From NCBI RefSeq assembly GCF_006345805.1, contig NC_042997.1, positions 173,662,001 through 173,726,000 of the forward strand: a DNA stretch of 64,000 bases, given 5' to 3'. Positions within the stretch are counted from its first letter, which is position 1. Each line of letters begins with the position of its first letter. The notes below the pieces were generated by a model. The model saw only the letters and a program-made list of their open reading frames with translations. It was not told the DNA's origin and ran no database searches. This DNA is from Octopus sinensis. Lineage: Eukaryota. The translations under genes were made by a program, and so were the position numbers. This document shows, in pieces, positions 54,043 to 64,000 of the stretch.

Positions 54043-54273
54043 ATAATATATATTATATATATATATATATATACGTGTATATACAGGGTGGCCCAAAAGT
54101 AGGTTTACATTTATCACGTAGGCACTTTAAATTTCTTTTAAAACAATTTATTACATTTAAATTTCTATCTTACAATTAACTAAATTAGCATAGAATAATA
54201 GTTTCATATCTTTTTATAATTAAGATCCAAACTGTTAATACCACACACAACACACACATACATACATACATAC

Positions 54274-54371
<98 letters not shown>

Positions 54372-54846
54372 GGATGGATGGATGGATGGATGGATGGATG
54401 GATGGATCGATGGATGGATGGATCGATCGATGGATCGATGGATGGATCGATGGATGGATCGATCGATGGATCGATCGATCGATAGATAGATAAATTTAAA
54501 TCATCAGAAAATGGAGAAAATTTTGATCAACAAACAAACAAATTAACCAACATTGGTTCCAATGTTAGTCGGTGCTTACGAAAGAAATTCGGAAAATAAT
54601 ATTCGTCATCTTCATAGTACACTCGATCTAGTACATGGAGCTTCATCAGAGTAAATAAAATAAAATAAACAAAGGGAAGAGGAAAGAGCAGGGCCTCGAG
54701 ATGAGACCAGAAGGCTCAATATATTAAGATCATGCCATGTTGAAGCGTGGAGCTTGAAGTCGATAGGCGAAAGAGTGAACTAGCAGTGATCTAAGGAAAT
54801 TTTTATGGGTTGTTTCTATATAAGGGGGGGGACCAGGGGGGGGGGG

Positions 54847-55795
54847 ATAGCTATGAAATGAAGTTGGTACTAAAATAAGAGAGAGACTACCAATATGTCT
54901 AGAAAAAAGAATAATACTTATGATATCATAAATAGAGCTAATTAATATTTATCCAAAATAAAACTGTAGAGTTCTTATAATGGTGTACTTACTGAAATAT
55001 TCTAGAGACCACCACCTGTTGCCCGTAATGGAATTAACCAAAGTCCATTCATCTCTACAATTGGTCAATTATATTTAAACCAAGGACAAAGTTAAGACAC
55101 TTACAGGGGTAGGCGTAAATAAAGAAGAAAATGAACCGGTAAATAAAGGGTGCGGGAGAGGAAACTGCGACATAAGTGGCACGAGGCCGTTTATGCCTAT
55201 CTACAACATCTCAACATAACAAATAAAAATAAAATAAAAATGAAATAAAAAATAAAATAAAAAATGTGCCACTTACGTCGCAGTTTCCTCCCCCGCACCT
55301 TTTATTTACCGGTTCATTTTCTTCTTTATTTACGCCTACCTCTGTAACGGTCTTAACTTTGCCCTTGGTTTAAATATAATTGATCAATTGTAGAGATAGA
55401 TGGACTTTGGTTAATTCCATTACGGACAAGAGGTGGTGGTCTCTAGAATATTTCAGTCAGTACACCATTTTAAAAATTCTACGGTTTTTGTTTTGGATAA
55501 ATATTAATTAGCTCTATTCACGATATCATAAATATTTATCGATCCCCGAAAGGATGAAAGGCAAAGTCGCCGAGGTCGACTTTGCCTTTCATCCTTTCGG
55601 GGTCGATAAATTAAGTACCAGTTACGCGCTGGGGTCGATGTAATCGACTTAATCTGCTTGTCTGTCCTTGTTTGTCCCCTGTGTGTTTAGCCCCTTGTGG
55701 GTAGTAAAGAAATAGATATCATAAGTATTATTCTTTTTTCTAGTCATATTGGTAATCCCTCTTTTATTTTAGTACTAGTTTCATTTCATTACTAT
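54847..55795. mobile_element. Foldback/MITE-like element with ~335-bp inverted arms and an 83-bp spacer; right arm interrupted by a SINE
   Basis: 54847-55182 is colinear with the reverse complement of 55266-55795 once 55537-55729 is removed. Confidence 0.85.
55537..55714 (+). mobile_element. 5'-truncated SINE family B with an inverted 5' duplication and 15-bp TSD
   Basis: TSD GATATCATAA(A/G)TATT at 55522-36 and 55715-29. Confidence 0.85.
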
Positions 55796-55990
55796 GCACA
55801 ATTCATTTGTTTGTTGATCAAAAGTTTTCTCCATTTTCTGATTATTTAAATTTGATTCCTGATAAACTATTCTGTTGTTGTTGTTGTTACCTGTACTCTA
55901 TGAGCAAGGATAGCATAGGTCATTGATACCGATAGTAAGAACAGATACTATTATCCCTTAGACAGTTATTACAACAGGTAACTCATGTTA

Positions 55991-56044
<54 letters not shown>

Positions 56045-56046
<2 letters not shown>

Positions 56047-56470
56047 CGCAAGAGTGACTGTGTGGTAAGTAGCTTGCTAACCAGCCACATGGTTCCGGGT
56101 TCAGTCCCACTGCGTGGCACCTTGGGCAAGTGTCTTCTGCTATAGCCCCGGGCCGACCAATGACTTGTGAGTGGATTTGGTAGACGGAAACTGAAAGAAG
56201 CCGTCGTATTATGTATATATATATATATATATATATATAAGTGTGTGTGTATATGTTTGTGTGTCTGTGTGTTGTCCCCCTAGCATTGCTTGACAACCGA
56301 TGCTGGTGTGTTTACGTCCCCGTCACTTAGCGGTTCGGCAAAAGAGACCGATAGAATAAGTACTGGGCTTACAAAGAATAAGTCCCGGGGTCGATTTGCT
56401 CGACTAAAGGCGGTGCTCCAGCATGGCCGCAGTCAAATGACTGAAACAAGTAAAAAGAGTAAAAAAAGAG
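56045..56470 (+). mobile_element. SINE family A copy, full length, young-looking
   Basis: Near-consensus arms; head abuts (TA)n. Confidence 0.9.
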
Positions 56471-57506
56471 TATATATATATATATACTATCTGACGTAAC
56501 CGGTAATTCCCGGGAAAGCGGGACTTATCCCTTGGTTCCGTTCTCATAATTGTTTCGCTAATCCAATAACAACAATACTAATTATGTAGCCCTGAAAACG
56601 GATGTTGTGCATTTATAGAGAATAGTGAACTGTCTTACACAGGATCTTGTTTTTAAGAATTCCCAATAAGTTATGAATACCCAAATTATTAAGCCAGTTA
56701 TGTAATAACATGAAAGTAGTTACCCGATAGTAAGAATTCAAATAAAGTAGCCCGGAAAAGGGCTTTAATGGGTTCCCAGAGTATATAGAACTTAGGAGGA
56801 AATACTAATAAGTTATGTGTACTAAAATCATGAAGCATATTACGTAATAACAGGCTAAACAGATATGAGATGATAACAATTCAAACTAAATAACTCTGAA
56901 AAGGGCTTTTGTGCACCCCCAGAAAATATTACCCTCAGAGCGCTAGTGTTGGTATATTCGTGAATAATTCACTAACAGAGATAAATGGATCTATTGTTTA
57001 GAAAAATACTATTTTCTTGTTTAAGGGTTGTACTGGATAAATTGCGAAAATAACTAACAGTTCAAATACTAAGAAATAAGCATACTCAATTTCATTTTTA
57101 CCAAATACTTTAGGAAAATGAATGGGTTATTTCCCTTGGCTATATATAAGGATCTCTTCCAGGGGCTCTATTATCGATTTTTCCAGAAATAAGTTTTACT
57201 CACATGTCAAGTTTCATTACAATCGATAAAACGATGTAGGAGGAGTTAGCTAACAACACCACAAACAAAATTTCCCATATATGTAGCATATATATATATA
57301 TATATAGCCACTACACACATTTTTTTCTCTCCTTGTTTTTTCTGTGTCCCTTTCTGTAGAAGAGCGTAGGCTCGAAACGTAAAAGATTTTTATTCCTGAG
57401 TTTTAACATAATACATATGTTTGTTTTGTACACCACCTGTCTTCGTCTTTTGTTTTTTTCGTAAACTCTCCCTATATATTTATATATATATATATATATA
57501 TATAGA

Positions 57507-57555
<49 letters not shown>

Positions 57556-58835
57556 TATATATATATATATATATGTATGCATATATATATATATATATCA
57601 AGCTTACTTGGAAAAGGATGCGTGGCGTTCGATCATATAATAATCAAAATAATATGTAATTATATGCATATATACATACGTATATGTACATACCTACACA
57701 TATATGTATATATACATGTATATATGGGTATAGGACATCAGAAAAACGTTGAACATAATGAGAAACGAAAACATAAAAACAAAAACATAGAAACGAACAT
57801 TTTTTCGAACAACGAAAAATACAAAGAGAAACGAGACATACAACATAAAAAAATATTCCCCTTCTTCAGTAGTCCCTGTTTCATCTACTCCGCGTTCGAA
57901 GGCAAGGACAAGACGCGACTTAGTTGAAACAGTCCTTCCCGTAAGCAAATTAAATAAAATTTGGGATTTTTTGCGGAGAGTGAAAGTGGTTACAAGTAGA
58001 GGATAGTGAGAACAAAACAGTAAAAACAAACGGTGAAGGCTGTTAAGCCAAGACGATAGAAAAATTATTATGAAGGAGAAAGTATAAGCACGTTTTGTCT
58101 TTACGAAGGTTGTGGGCAGAAAGATAGATTCGCTTTCGTCACGTGTCAGCGACGAGAGAGTCGAGGAGGGGGAGGAGTGAGAGAGAGGGAACGGTGAAGA
58201 GGAGAGGAGAAGAATAGGGAAGGGTGAGAGAGAAAACTGGAAAGGATGAAGAACAAGAGAGGGAAAGAGATAGACAGAGAAGAGATAGTAAAGTTATGAC
58301 CTGACCAAGAATTATTGTTTTCGTTTCATCATGGCTTCCTTCTGAAAATGGTGGTATAAGAGAAAACTCAAAGACTAACAACTAAGAGATTCAATCAAAT
58401 AAACTAACTATTCTACCGGCAATGAGTAATTTTCCTCGGTGTATACAACTCAATAAAATTCAACATCGTTGAGTTATATAGCTCTATACAGCTGAGTTAT
58501 GATCTGTAACAGCTGGAGGTTAACTATATTTCATCTGAACATAATGTATAATCGGCTTGTATGGATAGCTTATTTATACCGAATCGATTTTTAATAAAGA
58601 CTTTTATTGCAGACGCGGTTGTATGGTTTAGATGCTTGTTTGGCAACAACATGGCTTTGCGTTCAGTCCCACTGAACGGTACCTCGGCTAAGTGTCTTCT
58701 CCTATAGCTTCGGACCGACAGATGTTTCCTTCTATGAATTTGGAAGAGGGAAACTGTGAGAAAGCCCGTAGTGTGTGCGTGTGTGTATTGTGTGTGTGTG
58801 TGTATTGTGTGTGCGTTTGTGTAGTGTGTGTGTGT

Positions 58836-59214
58836 GGAGGCGCAATGGCCCAGTGGTTAGGGCAGCAGACTCGCGGTCATAGGATCGCGGTTTCGATTCC
58901 CAGACCGGGCGTTGTGAGTATTTATTGAGCGAAAACACCTAAAAGCTCCACGAGGCTCCGGCAGGGGATGGTGGTGATCCCTGCTGTACTCTTTCACCAC
59001 AACTTTCACTCTTACTTCCTGTTTCTGTTGTACCTGTATTTCAAGGGGCCGGCCTTGTCACTCTCTGTGTCACGCTGAATATCCCCGAGAACTACGTTAA
59101 GGGTGCACGTGTCTGTGGAGTGCTCAGCCACTTACACGTTAATTTCACGAGCAGGCTGTTCCGTTGATTCGGATCTACCGGAACCCTCATCGTCGTAACC
59201 GACGGAGTGCTTCC
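58836..59214 (+). mobile_element. SINE family C (tRNA-derived head), full length, nested in the (TG)n of an old family A copy (58610-59475)
   Basis: A box TGGCCCAGTGG, B box GTTTCGATTCC; flanked by (TG)n and by the two diverged family A arms. Confidence 0.85.
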
Positions 59215-59217
59215 CCA

Positions 59218-59284
<67 letters not shown>

Positions 59285-60040
59285 TGCTTGCATTTGTCCC
59301 TTTCACGCTTGACAAGCGGAGTTAATATATTTACGCTTCCGTTGTGGTTTGGTAGAGGAAACCGACAAAGTAAGTACCAGACTTAAATAAGAACTGGTGT
59401 CTATTTGTTCAACAAAAACCCCCTTCAGCGCGGCACACCATCATGGTAGCTCTCCAGCATCTGAAACAAGTAAAAAAAATATTGTTACTTCTCTAGTGGA
59501 CCCCGAATCAACTCTCATATAGATTTGTTTTCATAATTAAATTTTCAAGTTAATTGACTAAGTAATCCTGATATGATCACGTGATCGTATATGATTTTGC
59601 TGACATGATACATTTTAATTTATTTTAATTTACTTAATTATAGAAGATACTGCTAGCTCGCTTTTTATTCAATTGCTGACGTGTGTAATTCAATTATTTT
59701 GAGTAGCATCTTCAATTACATTGATCTCAACAATTCATACACACACAAATTAATAAATCTATTTTTCATAAATATTTTTAATTATCCACTCGATCGATTG
59801 TATTAATCGATATTTACTTATTAATGGTATTTACTTATTTACTTGATAAACAGATTAATTGCTCCTATAACATAATCAATTAGTGATTATTAATAAATAG
59901 TTTTATCTAGTTGAGTTATATAGCTATGTATGTGTATGTATACATATGCATGTCCATATGTATAAGTGTGTATGTGCATACACATATATGTATGCAAGTA
60001 TGTGTGCTTTTATATACATACATAGTTACATACATGAATA

Positions 60041-60155
<115 letters not shown>

Positions 60156-60349
60156 AGACACATTTACATACGCACTCAAAAATATATGCGCGCATGTATA
60201 TATGCGCATGTGTGAAATTGTATATAAATTAAATGTTCTTTATTAATTTTTTCCATCCCTTACTACCCATTTATCTGTTTTTATTTACCCTTTAGACATT
60301 GATTTTTCTTACTAATCAACTTATTCAGTCCCCTTACGGAACTTCATAT

Positions 60350-60759
60350 TCTTTTTCTTTCTTCTTTTTTTCTTTTTTTACTTGTTTCAGTCATTTGACT
60401 GCGGCCATGCTGGAGCACCGCCTTTAGTCGAGCAAATCGACCCCGGGACTTATTCTTTGTAAGCCCAGTACTTATTCTATCGGTCTCTTTTGCCGAACCG
60501 CTAAGTGACGGGAACGTAAACACACCAGCATTGGTTGTCAAGCAATGCTAGGGGGACAAACACAGACACACACACATACATATATATACATATATACGAC
60601 AGGCTTCTTTCAGTTTCCGTCTACCAAATTCACTCACAAGGCTTCGGTCGGCCCGGGGCTATAGCAGAAGACACTTGCCCAAGATGCCACGCAATGGGAC
60701 TGAACCCGGAACCATGTGGTTGGTTAGCAAGCTACTTACCACACAGCCACTCCTGCGCC
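60350..60759 (-). mobile_element. SINE family A copy, full length
   Basis: Near-consensus arms. Confidence 0.9.
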
Positions 60760-60911
60760 TATATTTTTTATTTTCTATTTTTCATGCCTTCCGCCTTTTT
60801 TCGTCTTCTCTTCTCTCGCTTGTGGTAAAAACTTTCGCTTTGCAGCTACGTACTTCTCTGTTCGATTCCACTTCGCGGTATCTAGAGGGAGCGTACTTAC
60901 TCTACCTAGAT

Positions 60912-61245
60912 CAGTGGTTCTCAACCGAGGTCCATATGGCCCCTCAGGGTCTATATAAGATTGGGGGCGAGGAGACCACACAGTAAAATAGTAAATTGGA
61001 GATCCACTAAAATATTCTAAGAAACCTTGAAAAATTTTTGCTTTAAAAAACGAATGCTTTAGTGTGTATTGCAAGAAACAGCTACGTTTCTTTCTCTAGC
61101 ATTCTACATATTTCCATATACACAACTCAATGTGTGAAAAACAAAATAGGAATTTGTAAAACTAGTTTTTAAACATCGTATAGCTATGGAGATCAACCAG
61201 AATAAAATAGTGATTAAAGGGATCCAAAGGTAAAAACCCTGAACC
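60912..61245. mobile_element. Probable hAT-type MITE remnant
   Basis: Left end CAGTGGTTCTCAACC typical of hAT/Charlie-like termini; right end degenerate. Confidence 0.5.
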
Positions 61246-61948
61246 AGATGATGGTTCACATAACAAACAATCAGGCCGCTCACTCTGTGGTAAGCACGGA
61301 GACCCGATCTCCTATCTGAATGTATTTCATTATCTTAAAGCCTTTCTCGCTACTTAAAGATAGAGTTTGGACATGTAAGAAACAACAGTTAAATTTCCTT
61401 CAAATCGCATTGTTGATCCATAAAGAGGTAATATATGCATTCTTCCTACTATAGGCACAGAAGAACAAAATTTTTAGGATGTTAGGGCTAGTTGATTACA
61501 TCGACCTCAATGGTCAAGTGGTACTTATTTTTTCGTCCCTCAGTCTCGATCTCAGTGGAGTCTGAACTCAAAACGTACAGCCGAAAAAACTGGGGGACAA
61601 GCGATCCTGCCAGTTAGCTGCCGTAGATATATATATATATATATATTAGTTTCAAATTTCGACACAAAGCCAGAAGTTTGGGGCGAGGAGCTAAGTCGAT
61701 TACATCGAGCTCAGTTCTTGATTGGTTCATAATTTATCGACCCCGAAACGATATTTACTTATTAATGATATTTATTTATTTACTTTATAAACAGATAATT
61801 GCTAGTTGAGATTAATTGCTAGAAAAGTAAAGTCGATCTAGAGGGAATTTGAACTCAGTGTGTGAAGACGGACGAAATATCGCTAAACATTTTGCCGGGT
61901 GTGCAAACGATTCTACCAGCTCACAGATGGCAAATGTATGGAAGTATA

Positions 61949-62161
61949 TGATGGAGTGCTGAAAAGTTCCTGGCTTTAATGGTGTCGCGAAAAGCCTGGT
62001 TAGAGGCCCAGCCTTACAAGTTCTTTTACAGGACTTAGAAAATCTGAAGGACCATTGCAATAAGTGTGTGAATCTGAGAAGGGAATATGTTGAATAAAAT
62101 CGTAATTAACTGATCTTCGTGTATTTTTCCCCAAAGCCATGAACTTTTCAGCGACATCTCG
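61949..62161 (+). mobile_element. Mariner-derived MITE (213 bp)
   Basis: TIRs GTGCTGAAAAGTTCCTGGCTTT / AAAGCCATGAACTTTTCAGCG, TA flanks; retains a transposase C-terminus LKDHCNKCVNLRREYVE*. Confidence 0.8.
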
Positions 62162-62799
62162 TATATTGGTTTCAAATATTTTGGCTCAAAGCCAACAACT
62201 TTGGGGCAGTGGTAAATAGATTACATCGATCTACTTGCTCAACTGGAACTTATTTTACCAACCCCAAAAGGATCACAAAGTCAAACCCGGCGGAATTTTG
62301 AAATCAGAACTTAAAGATGGACGAATTGCCGCTAAGCAATGGGTGTATATATATCAATGTCAATATAGATATTTTATGTGTCTGGAAAGAAAAGCTAGGA
62401 TGGGTATGGTTGGAACGCCTTCAATCATAAGTGACTTCGATCATGTCTGACTTGATTGTCAGAAAGGACTAAAACACACACACAAAAAAAGAAAAACTAA
62501 TCCAATTTTACGATTTCTTTTTCCTTAATTTTCACAAATCTGTGAGGACAAGTAAAATGGCGTGGATACTTCTTTGATAAAGACACAGAAAGAAAAAATA
62601 AGGAAAAAAAGAGAAAAAAACATTTTAAGTAAATCTGCATCTGTCCTTTATTGGTTTTTTCACTAATATTGCTCTTATATTTTATGTTTCATTTCATAGT
62701 TTTAATTCTTAAGCTTTTATTTCTTATCTATCTCCTTCTTTCGCCATTCATTAGTCCTATTTTAACTTTATTTTAACATCACTGAAAATACTCTTTCTC

Positions 62800-63195
62800 T
62801 CTTTCTCTTTTACTTGTTTCAGTCATTTGACTGCGGCCATGCTGGAGCACCGCCTTTAGTCGATCAAATCGACCCCGGAACTTATTCTTTGTAAGCCCAG
62901 TACTTATTCTATCGGTCTCTTTTGCCGAACCACTAAGTGGCGGGGGCGTAGACACACCAGCATCGGTTGTCAAGCAATGCTAGGGGGACAAACACAGACA
63001 CACAAACACACACATATATATATACATATATACGACAGGCTTTTTTCAGTTTCCATCTACCAAATCCACTCACAAGGCATTGGTCGGCCCGGGGCTATAG
63101 CAGAAGACACTTGCCCAAGATGCCACGCAGTGGGACTGAACCCGCAACCATGTGGTTGGTTAGCAAGCTACTTACCACACAGCCACTCTTGCGCC
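62800..63195 (-). mobile_element. SINE family A copy, full length
   Basis: Near-consensus arms. Confidence 0.9.
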
Positions 63196-63482
63196 TATTG
63201 TTGCATTATAAGAAAAAAACATTACATCATCGTCATCATCATCATCGTCGTCGTCGTCGTCGTCGTTGTTGTCGGTGCGATTGTTTCATTTTCTTTCAGG
63301 TTCATTCGTGGAGGTTTCTAAACCAGAATTTCATTAGATAAGATTGTTGAACTTTTTCTTTCTGTTAGCCTGAGTAAACATTACATCAACGCCATTATTA
63401 AGTCAATCCTCCTACACTTCATTTTCTAAATTCTCTCCTTGCGCGCGCGCGTGCACAGACGCACAAACACACACACGTATGA

Positions 63483-63526
<44 letters not shown>

Positions 63527-63603
63527 TAAAAAATAAGTGTGACTGAAAGAAAGTAAAGAGAAACAAAAATAGAGAAATGCATTGTGAGTATGTGTGTGTG
63601 TAT

Positions 63604-63636
<33 letters not shown>

Positions 63637-64000
63637 CAAACATACATATATACGTACATATACATATATACATGCATATATATATTATATGTGCATATAT
63701 ATATACATACATATATACGTGCATATATACATAATATATACATACATACAGGCATACATATATATGCATATATACGTACATATATACATATATATACATA
63801 CATATATATATGCATGCATATATTCATACATATATACATACGCATATATACATACATATATATACACATATATATATACATACATATATATATACATGCA
63901 TGTACACATACGTATATATACATACATATGCACATACATATATACATACATATATATACATATACATATATATCTATACATATATATATATACATATATA

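Noticed and set aside
54084-54130. TA|CAGGGTGGCCCAAAAGT, a Tc1/mariner-like terminus
   Set aside because: No matching second TIR or internal sequence was found; too short to call an element.
58836-58915. tRNA gene-like sequence (also the heads of families A and B)
   Set aside because: A and B boxes are present, but there is no complete cloverleaf and the sequence continues into a SINE body.
60535-60828. Recurrent peptides such as CPRCHAVGLNPEPCGW and RRHLPKVPRSGTEP that look like a conserved Cys-rich family
   Set aside because: These are SINE family A read in different frames.

Overview
AT-rich, repeat-dominated eukaryotic genomic DNA, most likely intronic or intergenic. It is probably from an octopus; this is inferred from the SINE families and microsatellite load, not from a database match. 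One 100-N gap lies at 28250-28349. No protein-coding gene can be identified, and nearly all ORF-track entries are translations of microsatellites or SINEs. Supported content: about 20 copies of a bipartite tRNA-head SINE (family A), many copies of a second SINE (family B), two copies of a third (family C), a decayed Penelope-like retroelement (RT thumb plus GIY-YIG, minus strand), a full-length but broken Tc1 transposon with DD36E spacing, a LINE endonuclease remnant, several MITEs and foldbacks, and a few weak candidate exons. Main findings: (1) a 546-bp unit bounded by an identical 141-bp direct repeat whose start falls within 2 nt of the predicted cleavage site of a type I hammerhead ribozyme (27563-28249, retrozyme/Penelope-like); (2) a divergent LSU rRNA sarcin-ricin-loop fragment enclosed by TA-flanked TIRs (35454-35793); (3) two hammerhead-shaped motifs with a variant CUGUNGA core; (4) a 357-bp tandem repeat whose predicted structure is preserved between copies. 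SINE boundaries were read by eye and are approximate.
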